From assembly GCA_964431635.1 (NCBI GenBank), contig CAYSKK010000010.1, forward strand, positions 80,740 to 144,739: a DNA stretch of 64,000 bases. Reading direction: 5' to 3'. This document shows, piece after piece, positions 8,754-16,711 of the stretch. A program made the position numbers and the translations under genes. The notes below the pieces were generated by a model that saw nothing but the letters and a program-made list of their open reading frames with translations, did not search any database and was not told the DNA's origin. The stretch comes from an uncultured Chthoniobacter sp. (lineage in GTDB: Bacteria; Verrucomicrobiota; Verrucomicrobiia; Chthoniobacterales; Terrimicrobiaceae). Positions within the stretch are counted from its first letter, which is position 1, and each line of letters starts with the position of its first letter.

Positions 8754-10037
8754 ATGCCCGCTTTGACTCGCCCTTTTTTACAGTCTGACATGCGAAATGC
8801 TTCCGGCGTGATTGTCTGTCGGCATTGCAGCACTCCCCTGCGCTTGACAATGATGGATTTGGGAACCAGCCCCCCTTCCAATTCCTACCTCACGCCAGAG
8901 ATGCTCGATGCCCCGGAAAAGTGGTATCCCCTGCGCGTCATGGTTTGCGAGGCCTGCTGGCTTGCACAAACCGTTGACTTTGTTGATCGTGAGGAGTGTT
9001 TTTCGGCGAGCTATTCTTATTTCAGTTCCTGTTCGACCTCGTGGGTTGAGCACGCACGCGGCTACGTGGATTCGGTCGTCAAACGTTTTGGCATCGGCCC
9101 GACAAGCACGGTGCTGGAGATTGCTGCCAACGACGGATATCTTCTGCAGCATTTTGTCGCCAGAAACGTTCCCTGTTACGGGATCGAGCCGACAGAAAGC
9201 ACTGCCGCCGCCGCCCGCAAAAAGGGAATTGATATCCTCAGTGATTTTTTTGGCCTGGCTCTTGCCGGGGATCTTGTGCAGTCGCGGGGAAGAGTCGATC
9301 TTGTTGTGGCCAACAATGTTCTTGCGCATGTGCCCGATATCAATGACTTCACGGGTGGCATTGTTGAAATACTCTCACCCGGTGGAGTGTTGACAGCGGA
9401 ATTTCCACACCTGCTCCAATTGCTCCTCAGGAAGTATTTCGACACCATTTACCATGAGCATTTTTCCTATCTGAGCCTCCATTCCGTCATCGCTGTTTTT
9501 GCGAGGGCAGGGCTCGAGGTGTTCGACGTCGAGCAACTCGAAACCCACGGTGGCAGCCTGCGAATCTACGCGAAACGAATGGACGATTTCTTGCATCCAA
9601 CAACAGATCGTGTCGCGGCATGGCTTGAAACGGAAAAACAGGCCGGCTTGTTGGATCCGGAAATCTATTTGTCGTTTCCGCGGCATGCTCAGGAAATCAA
9701 GAACAACCTTCTTTCATTTCTGCTTCGCGTCAGATCCGGGGGCGCTTCGATTGCGGCATACGGGGCGGCAGCCAAGGGGAACACGCTCCTCAATTATTGC
9801 GGTGTCCGGAGAGATTTTCTTCCCTTTGTCGTCGATCGCAGCCCCGGCAAAATAGGAAAATTCCTTCCTGGCAGCCGGATTCCTGTTCATGGGGAGTCCG
9901 AGCTGCAGAAGGCAAGGCCGGATTACATCCTAATTCTGCCATGGAATCTTCGCGAGGAAATCACCTCCCAGCTGGCCTACTGCCGCGACTGGGGTGCGAA
10001 ATTCGTCGTCGCGCTCCCTGAATTGACAATCTTTTGA
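8754..10037 (+). CDS. NDP-hexose C-methyltransferase (Zn-ribbon + class I SAM methyltransferase + C-methyltransferase C-domain, TylC3-like)
   Basis: Four-Cys ribbon VCRHCST...MVCEACWL, then the SAM motif VLEIAANDGYLL. The length and layout match sugar C-methyltransferases. ATG 8790 is an alternative start. Confidence 0.75.
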   Translation: MPALTRPFLQSDMRNASGVIVCRHCSTPLRLTMMDLGTSPPSNSYLTPEMLDAPEKWYPLRVMVCEACWLAQTVDFVDREECFSASYSYFSSCSTSWVEHARGYVDSVVKRFGIGPTSTVLEIAANDGYLLQHFVARNVPCYGIEPTESTAAAARKKGIDILSDFFGLALAGDLVQSRGRVDLVVANNVLAHVPDINDFTGGIVEILSPGGVLTAEFPHLLQLLLRKYFDTIYHEHFSYLSLHSVIAVFARAGLEVFDVEQLETHGGSLRIYAKRMDDFLHPTTDRVAAWLETEKQAGLLDPEIYLSFPRHAQEIKNNLLSFLLRVRSGGASIAAYGAAAKGNTLLNYCGVRRDFLPFVVDRSPGKIGKFLPGSRIPVHGESELQKARPDYILILPWNLREEITSQLAYCRDWGAKFVVALPELTIF

Positions 10038-10561
10038 AGATTCTTCCGACAAGCCTTGAGGGAGTCCTGCTTCTGGAGTCCGAACCGATTGAAGATGGTC
10101 GCGGATATTTCTGCCGGCTCTTTTCCACATCCGGATTCGCCAGGCAAGGACTTCGAAGCGATCTCACAGAGATCTCCAGTTCCTTCAATCGTTCCCGGGG
10201 AACACTCCGAGGGATGCACTATCAAACGGTTCCCTATGAGGAAGTCAAGCTGGTGCGTGTTTTCAGGGGGGCGGTCTATGATGCGGTTGTTGACCTGAGG
10301 CCCTCCTCTCCAACCTACAGGCATTGGGAGGCGTTTGAAATCAACGAGGATAATCATCGTGCGCTATACATTCCCGGGGGATTTGCCCATGGTTTTTTGA
10401 CGCTGTGCGATGACACCCTCATTGTATATCAAATAAGCGACACATTTTCCCCCGCCCACTCTGCTGGTTTCCGATGGAATGATCCCGAAGTCCGGATCCA
10501 ATGGCCGTTTGTACCGGAGATTCTTTCTGAGCGCGATGCCACATGGCCGGATCTGACATGA
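10034..10561 (+). CDS. RmlC-type cupin NDP-4-keto-6-deoxyhexose 3,5- (or 3-/5-) epimerase
   Basis: TTG start in a TTGA overlap. LEGVLLLESEPIEDGRGYF, GMHYQ, RGAVYDAVVDLR, GFAHGF. 175 aa. Confidence 0.82.
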   Translation: MKILPTSLEGVLLLESEPIEDGRGYFCRLFSTSGFARQGLRSDLTEISSSFNRSRGTLRGMHYQTVPYEEVKLVRVFRGAVYDAVVDLRPSSPTYRHWEAFEINEDNHRALYIPGGFAHGFLTLCDDTLIVYQISDTFSPAHSAGFRWNDPEVRIQWPFVPEILSERDATWPDLT

Positions 10562-11685
10562 AACCCCGGATTCCTTACACCAAACCGTCCATTACCGAGC
10601 GAGAGGTTGCCTATGCCACCGATGCCGCCCGTCACGGCTGGGGGGATAGATGTTATGAGTATATCGCCCGGTTTGAGGGGGCTTTCAGGGATCATCTCGG
10701 GGTCAAGCACGCCATAGCAACATCAAGTTGCACAGGAGCCCTTCACATGGGGCTGGCAGCCCTTGGCTTGGGACCGGGCGACGAGATCATCCTGGCGGAT
10801 ACCAACTGGATTGCCACAGCCGCGCCGATTGTGCATCTCGGGGCCAAGCCGGTCTTCGTGGATATTCTTCCGGACAGTTGGTGCCTCGATCCGGATCTCG
10901 TCGAACAGGCGATCACGCCCCAAACGCGGGCAATCATCGCCGTCCATCTCTACGGCAACCTGTGCAATATGGACAGGCTTCTTGAAATCGGAGAACGGCA
11001 TGGCATTCCGGTTATTGAGGATGCGGCCGAGGCGATCGGTTCTGTTTATCATGGGAGAAGGGCCGGTTCGCTCGGTGCTTTTGGAACCTTTTCCTTTCAC
11101 GGGACAAAGACTGTCACCACGGGCGAGGGCGGCATGTTTGTCACCAACGACGAGGTTCTTTACGAACGCGTCCTTACCCTCTCGAATCATGGTCGCTCCC
11201 GCGGACAGATGAAACAGTTCTGGCCCGACGAGGTCGGGTTCAAATACAAGATGTCGAATGTTCAGGCGGCCATCGGGTGTGCGCAGATGGAACGCATCGA
11301 GGAGCTTGTCGGCCGAAAAAGGGAGATCATGCAGGATTACAGGCGGCGTTTCGAAAGCCACGGGGATCTTGTCATGAATCCGGAACCTGAAGGGACCACC
11401 AACGGCTTCTGGATGCCCACTGTGGTCTTTTCGGAGTCGAGCGGCGTGACCAGAGAATCGCTTCAGGCAGCGTTTTCCGGCGAAAACATAGATGCCCGTG
11501 TCTTCTTCTGGCCCTTGTCCAGCCTTCCGTTTTTCAGCGGGCAGCCACGGAATCGTTTCGCCCATTCGATTCCCGGACGGGCGATCAATCTCCCGAGCTT
11601 TCATGACATAACGGATCGGGAGCAAGAGCTTGTCGTGACGGTGATCTCCTCCATCCGCCTTCAGGCCGGCGTCGCCATCGATTGA
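10558..11685 (+). CDS. DegT/DnrJ/EryC1/StrS-family PLP-dependent sugar aminotransferase
   Basis: ATGA overlap start at 10558. SSCTGALHMGLAALG, VIEDAAEAIGS, and the PLP-lysine box SFHGTKTVTTGEGG. Confidence 0.88.
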   Translation: MKPRIPYTKPSITEREVAYATDAARHGWGDRCYEYIARFEGAFRDHLGVKHAIATSSCTGALHMGLAALGLGPGDEIILADTNWIATAAPIVHLGAKPVFVDILPDSWCLDPDLVEQAITPQTRAIIAVHLYGNLCNMDRLLEIGERHGIPVIEDAAEAIGSVYHGRRAGSLGAFGTFSFHGTKTVTTGEGGMFVTNDEVLYERVLTLSNHGRSRGQMKQFWPDEVGFKYKMSNVQAAIGCAQMERIEELVGRKREIMQDYRRRFESHGDLVMNPEPEGTTNGFWMPTVVFSESSGVTRESLQAAFSGENIDARVFFWPLSSLPFFSGQPRNRFAHSIPGRAINLPSFHDITDREQELVVTVISSIRLQAGVAID

Positions 11686-11686
11686 G

Positions 11687-12769
11687 ATGCATGCCGGGGT
11701 AATGCGGTCATTCTCAGCCCTGCACGGAAAGGATTCCTGCCGGGTTTACTCTCGGGGGAGCGCTGGTCTCCACGCGCTTTTTTCCGGGATTCGTGAAACT
11801 GCCGGCTCCGGGGAAGTCGTGCTGCCCGGTTTTTGCTGCGAAACGGTTGCTCTCGCTGCGATTTTCGCCGGATTAACCCCGGTCTTTGCAGATATTGATC
11901 CTGCCTCCCTGAGCCCCGGGCTCGTCCAGGTCGAAAAGGTGTTGTCCGGCTCCACCCGTGCCGTTGTTGTCGTTCATCTTTTCGGATGCGATGCAGATGC
12001 TGAACGCTTTCTCCCCTTGAAAGAGGGCGGCAGAAAAATCTGTCTTGTCGAGGACATTGCTCATGCGGTTGGAGGCCGGGCGAAAGATGGGCGACTGATC
12101 GGCAGTCACCTTGATTTCACGATGGCCAGTCTGGCGGACGACAAGATTCTTTCCGGCGCTGCCGGTCTGATCATGGCTGCGCCCGGACAAGATCCTCCGC
12201 TGCGCTTGCCGGGGAACGGAAAGGGGAATCGAAAACTTTCTGAGGTGGATATCAATGTGCTCGGATCGGCATTGAGAAATGCAGTGCATGCCGTGGCCGA
12301 CCTGTGGAGAGCCGGACGATACACTCCGGCGGGAACATATCGGACGGAGTTCTGGCAGGCATTCCGAAGCCTCATCGTCCGATCCAAGCCCGGTCTGATC
12401 CCGTCTTGTGAAACGTTGGATGCGTCGGCCATCGAGAAATCCCGCCGTGCGCGGATAAACCGCTGTCTTGCTTATATCGAGGGAATCCGGAACCGCCATG
12501 TCAAGCCGGTGTCCTTTCGTCCGGAATGGAATTGTTGGAGGTTGCCCGTTCTCTGCTCCTCATCGCGATTCGCCCGCGAATTGACGCAAAAATTGCGGTC
12601 GCATGGCATATCGGCCTCCAACCACTATTTCCCGCTTAATCTGCTCTTTGGGCGGGGGAGTTGCCCGGTGACAGAGGACATTGCCTCAAGGATCATCAAC
12701 TTGTGGGTGGACAATACGGTCAACATGGAGACAATTCGGAAAACAATCAAACTTATCAACGCCTCATAA
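11687..12769 (+). CDS. Divergent DegT-fold protein (aminotransferase-like, atypical lysine box)
   Basis: GEVVLPGFCCETVALAAIFAGLTPVFADID, AVVVVHLFG and LVEDIAHAVGG keep the DegT layout. The lysine region reads MASLADDKILSGAAGLI. Confidence 0.5.
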   Translation: MHAGVMRSFSALHGKDSCRVYSRGSAGLHALFSGIRETAGSGEVVLPGFCCETVALAAIFAGLTPVFADIDPASLSPGLVQVEKVLSGSTRAVVVVHLFGCDADAERFLPLKEGGRKICLVEDIAHAVGGRAKDGRLIGSHLDFTMASLADDKILSGAAGLIMAAPGQDPPLRLPGNGKGNRKLSEVDINVLGSALRNAVHAVADLWRAGRYTPAGTYRTEFWQAFRSLIVRSKPGLIPSCETLDASAIEKSRRARINRCLAYIEGIRNRHVKPVSFRPEWNCWRLPVLCSSSRFARELTQKLRSHGISASNHYFPLNLLFGRGSCPVTEDIASRIINLWVDNTVNMETIRKTIKLINAS

Positions 12770-12770
12770 A

Positions 12771-13427
12771 ATGGATGAAATCACGGACCTGCTGAAAAAT
12801 TACCATGTCCGCGTCTTCGATGAGCATGGGCCGACCGCAAAGGGAGTGGACTGGAATGATGAGGGTGAAATGTTGTTCCGCTACGACAAAATGCTGCGGG
12901 TTCTTGACAAGGACTTTTTCAAACCCGAGGGAAGACCTTCCCTTCTGGACGTCGGCTGCGGATGGGGGGGGCTTTATCAGCGCACCCGAGAGAAGGGTGT
13001 TGATATTTGCTACACGGGGATCGATGTCGCTGAAAACATGATTTCCTTTGCTGCGAGCACCTTTCCGGATGCGACGTTCGTCGTGCGTGACATCTTCACG
13101 CTTCCGGATGAGGAGGTTTACGACTTCGCCGTCTGTAACGCGATTCTGACGCAGAAACACGACGCCAGTATTCCGGCCATGGAAAAGTTTGCGAAGCGAC
13201 TCGTTTCGAAAATGTTCACCATTTCCAAACACGGAATCGCCTTCAACCTGATGTCCACACGGGTGAATTTCACAGTCAACAATCTCTACTATCACAATCC
13301 CGTGGAAATGCTGTCATGGGCTCTCACGGAGCTCTCGCCGCGGGTCCGGCTGGATCACGGCTACAGCAGTTTGCAGAGTGGCCGGGGCAAGTATTACGAT
13401 TATACCGTCTATGTCTTCAAGGGGTGA
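12771..13427 (+). CDS. Class I SAM-dependent methyltransferase
   Basis: Start ATG 12771, one nt after the upstream TAA. SAM motif I LLDVGCGWGGL, with an acidic motif II further downstream. 218 aa. Contains a G8 run at 12964-12971. Confidence 0.75.
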   Translation: MDEITDLLKNYHVRVFDEHGPTAKGVDWNDEGEMLFRYDKMLRVLDKDFFKPEGRPSLLDVGCGWGGLYQRTREKGVDICYTGIDVAENMISFAASTFPDATFVVRDIFTLPDEEVYDFAVCNAILTQKHDASIPAMEKFAKRLVSKMFTISKHGIAFNLMSTRVNFTVNNLYYHNPVEMLSWALTELSPRVRLDHGYSSLQSGRGKYYDYTVYVFKG

Positions 13428-14157
13428 CCGTGGGAGGGTGGTTGTCATCTCGCAGCCGATGTTATTTCCGTGGGTCGGAATGTATGAGCAACTTCGCCTG
13501 GCAGACATTTTCATCAACCTTGACAATGTCCAGTTTTCCAAGGGGAGCTTTACAAACCGGGTGCAGATCAAGATGTCCGGAGGGGCGAAGTGGATGACCG
13601 TTCCCCTTCAGGACATCCACCTCGGGCAACTGATACGGGAGGTGAAGATTGACGACCGCAAGGACTGGAGGAGAAGCCATCTTGATCTCTTGCGGCAAAG
13701 CTATTCGAAAGCGCCCTTTCTGGGAGAGATGCTGGAGATCGTCGGGGAGGTGTATTCCGCACGGCATGAAAATCTTGGCGAACTGGCTTATGCCTCCTTC
13801 CGGGAGACGGCGCAATTCCTCGGACTCGATCGCGGACGTGTCTTTCGCAATGCGGAAGACACCCCAACGAACCGGCAATCTTCCGAGCGCGTTCTGGATA
13901 TCTGCCGCATGAACGGTGCCTCGCGTTATGTCACCGGGCTCGGTGCCAGAAACTACCTTGACCACGCGTTGTTTGAGGCGAATGGCATCCGAGTCGAATA
14001 TATGGGCTATCAAAAAACGCCATACCGGCAATGTCACGGAGAGTTCACCCCGTTTGTCAGCATCCTTGACCTTATTGCCAATGAAGGCAAGGATGGCTTG
14101 AGATACATCAATTCCCCCTCGATTTACTGGAAGAATTTTTTTGAGACTCATGACTGA
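13411..14157 (+). CDS. WbqC-like family protein
   Basis: VVVISQPMLFPWVGMYEQLRLADIFINLDNVQFSKGSFTNRVQIKMSGGAKWMTVPL matches the WbqC family N-terminal pattern. The start is ambiguous (ATG 13411 or GTG 13438). Confidence 0.75.
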   Translation: MSSRGDRGRVVVISQPMLFPWVGMYEQLRLADIFINLDNVQFSKGSFTNRVQIKMSGGAKWMTVPLQDIHLGQLIREVKIDDRKDWRRSHLDLLRQSYSKAPFLGEMLEIVGEVYSARHENLGELAYASFRETAQFLGLDRGRVFRNAEDTPTNRQSSERVLDICRMNGASRYVTGLGARNYLDHALFEANGIRVEYMGYQKTPYRQCHGEFTPFVSILDLIANEGKDGLRYINSPSIYWKNFFETHD

Positions 14158-14908
14158 AGAACACCGCCGGATCGTAGAAAAAAACATCAACCAGCTTGGT
14201 GGGGATGCGGACCTTCAGGCGCTCACCAGGATGTGGATTCGGGAGGTTGCTCCATACAAGTATACCTACAACTTCGCTTGGCTGGGCGTTCCCATCATCC
14301 AATTTCCTCAAGATGTCCACGCCCTCCAGGAGATCTGTTGGAACGTGCGTCCCGAAGTAATCGTGGAGACGGGAGTGGCCCATGGGGGATCGCTGGTTTT
14401 TTCCGCTTCCATGCTGGCCCTTCTGGATCTCTGTGAGGGGATATCCCCCGACGCCTCTGTGCGCAAGGTCATCGGGATCGACATTGACATACGTCCGCAC
14501 AATAGATCCGTCCTGGACGCGCATCCCCTTCGCAGATGGATGGAATTAATCGAGGGCTCCTCCATTTCACGGGACATGGTTGGGAAGCTCCGTTCCTTCG
14601 GAGCCGGCACCCTCAGGACGTTGGTGATTCTGGACAGCAATCATACGCACGACCATGTCCTTGAAGAACTGAACATTTACTCTCCGCTGGTCTCGGCGGG
14701 AAGTTACTGCATTGTTTTTGATACGGCGATTGAGGACATGCCGGAGCGGTTTTTCTCAGACCGCCCGTGGGGACCGGGAAACAGCCCCAAATCCGCCGTC
14801 CATGCCTTCCTGAAGGATCATCCCGAATTTGAGATAGACCGCAGCATTCCTGACAAGTTGCAAATCACCGTTGCGCCGGACGGCTATCTGAAGCGGGTCA
14901 GGCCCTGA
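14150..14908 (+). CDS. CmcI/cephalosporin-hydroxylase-family methyltransferase (sugar O-methyltransferase-like)
   Basis: FAWLGVPIIQFPQDVHALQEICWNVRPEVIVETGVAHGGSLVFSA is the CmcI-family core. ATG 14150 overlaps the WbqC-like stop by 8 nt. Confidence 0.72.
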   Translation: MTEEHRRIVEKNINQLGGDADLQALTRMWIREVAPYKYTYNFAWLGVPIIQFPQDVHALQEICWNVRPEVIVETGVAHGGSLVFSASMLALLDLCEGISPDASVRKVIGIDIDIRPHNRSVLDAHPLRRWMELIEGSSISRDMVGKLRSFGAGTLRTLVILDSNHTHDHVLEELNIYSPLVSAGSYCIVFDTAIEDMPERFFSDRPWGPGNSPKSAVHAFLKDHPEFEIDRSIPDKLQITVAPDGYLKRVRP

Positions 14909-14932
14909 TTCCCAACTTCGACGGAACAATAA

Positions 14933-15766
14933 ATGCGCTCTCACCTCTCCAAACTTCTCCATCCGGAATCTACTCAGGTTCAATTCCACAAAGAGTTTCG
15001 GAAATACGCAGCGAATCCCTTCGGGTTCCTCACGAAAGAATGCGTGGATGCAACCAAAACCCGCATTTGGCTCATCTGCATGCCAAAGTCAGGATCTACT
15101 TTTCTAACCGCTGTCTTGAAGCACTACACTGGATATCCGACATACGAACTGCCGGTTTACTACGGACATAATGAGCAGGAGGTGTCCTGGCCAAAGTTAA
15201 GCCTTTCGGCTGATACCGACGCCATCTACGTGCATCAACACACACGATGTTCAAGTTTATCACTCGAGACAATCAATCTCTTTTCTATTAAGCCGATCAT
15301 CAGCGTTAGAAATATTTGTGACATTGTCGTATCTGTACGGGACCACCTTCTTAAGGAATCCACCGAGGGACCGCTGGCATTTGTTCCAGCGGAATTTGCA
15401 GGCTTTTCACCGGAACAGCAGATGGACTTTGTCATTTCCATGGCTCTTCCATGGTATTTCAATTTCTACACCTCTTGGTTGGAGTCCTGCCGATTGCAAA
15501 AATGCCGGGCCCACTGGGTGCGGTATGAAGACCTGATCGAATCGACCGCGTCCACCCTCCGAAAACTCCTGGAATTTTGCGGGCTTCGGGTGGAAGAGGA
15601 CAGGCTGCTCCTGTCCATCGAACAGGCGGGACGGTCCTTCACCCGCAAAAACGTCGGGATCGCTGGCCGCGGACGGTCCATGCTTAATGATTCGCAGAAG
15701 GAGGCCATCCGGCGCATGGCGGCCTTTTATCCCTCTGTTGATTTTGCTCCGCTGGGGCTGCCGTAG
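14933..15766 (+). CDS. PAPS-dependent sulfotransferase
   Basis: 5'-phosphosulfate-binding loop CMPKSGSTFL (nt 15083 onward) and 3'-phosphate motif ISVRNICDIVVSVRDH. 277 aa, with an AT-rich 5' half. Confidence 0.75.
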   Translation: MRSHLSKLLHPESTQVQFHKEFRKYAANPFGFLTKECVDATKTRIWLICMPKSGSTFLTAVLKHYTGYPTYELPVYYGHNEQEVSWPKLSLSADTDAIYVHQHTRCSSLSLETINLFSIKPIISVRNICDIVVSVRDHLLKESTEGPLAFVPAEFAGFSPEQQMDFVISMALPWYFNFYTSWLESCRLQKCRAHWVRYEDLIESTASTLRKLLEFCGLRVEEDRLLLSIEQAGRSFTRKNVGIAGRGRSMLNDSQKEAIRRMAAFYPSVDFAPLGLP

Positions 15767-15802
15767 GCATCTCCGGAAATCCGGCGACTTATTCCAACTG
15801 GT

Positions 15803-16711
15803 TTGAAAACACTCTCTTCGGACGGCGGGTGCCTGCCGCTGGTTTCCGTCGGCATCCCGACTTACAACCGGCCGGAGTTACTGGCTCGCAAGCTGGATCA
15901 GGTTTGCAACCAAACATACTCCAATCTCGAGATTATTGTTTCGGACAATGCGTCGCCCGGCGATGGTGTTCGAAGTCTTTTGGAAGAGAGGGCAAACAGG
16001 GATTCTAGGCTGAAGATATTTTTCCAGCCATGCAATCGCGGACCCGCGGAAAATTTCCTTTTCGTTCAGGAACAGGCCCATGGAGAATTTTTTGCATGGG
16101 CTGCCGATGACGACGGGTGGGAGACCAATTTCGTTGAGTTGCTTATGAAGCCTCTGATGAATGACAGGACGCTTGGCATGTCGTTCTGTAATATTGACGT
16201 CAGATATCCGGATGGGAGTATTTGCAACAATTATCCGGCATTCCTGACAAATTTTAAAAAGTTTGAGAACCCTTCAGCGGCAACAAGACTTGGCAACTAT
16301 GCCTGCCAGGAAGAAAATCTGGGCAAGGCGAATCTTTTCTATTCGATTTTCCGGTTGCCCCTTCTTCGCCAGGTTGATTGTCGGGGACTTTTCCATGGAA
16401 AGGCATGGGGCCGGGATATGCTTCTTGTTGCCGCGATGCTGGCGCGGGGGAATGTCTCCATTTTGGCTCCCGTTCTATATCATGTTGGAATTTCTGCAGG
16501 TGGCGCCAATGCATCATCCTTGCGCCCGAAGGAGTCTGCAGGGAGTGAAAGAGTAGAACTCATCGAGGGTTACAGGCTGTTCTTTTGGGAATATCTAAAA
16601 ATCGTCTGGAATTGTTCCGAAGTAAGCCTTCGGCAAAAACTTCGTATTTCTAAAGTTGTATTAGAAAAATGGAACCGTTGGATGAAACACAATCTAAATA
16701 TCATATTCTGA
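15803..16711 (+). CDS. Family 2 glycosyltransferase
   Basis: VSVGIPTYNRPELLARKLDQVCNQTYSNLEIIVSDNAS, then AADDD (DxD). TTG start, uncertain. AT-rich. Confidence 0.8.
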   Translation: MKTLSSDGGCLPLVSVGIPTYNRPELLARKLDQVCNQTYSNLEIIVSDNASPGDGVRSLLEERANRDSRLKIFFQPCNRGPAENFLFVQEQAHGEFFAWAADDDGWETNFVELLMKPLMNDRTLGMSFCNIDVRYPDGSICNNYPAFLTNFKKFENPSAATRLGNYACQEENLGKANLFYSIFRLPLLRQVDCRGLFHGKAWGRDMLLVAAMLARGNVSILAPVLYHVGISAGGANASSLRPKESAGSERVELIEGYRLFFWEYLKIVWNCSEVSLRQKLRISKVVLEKWNRWMKHNLNIIF

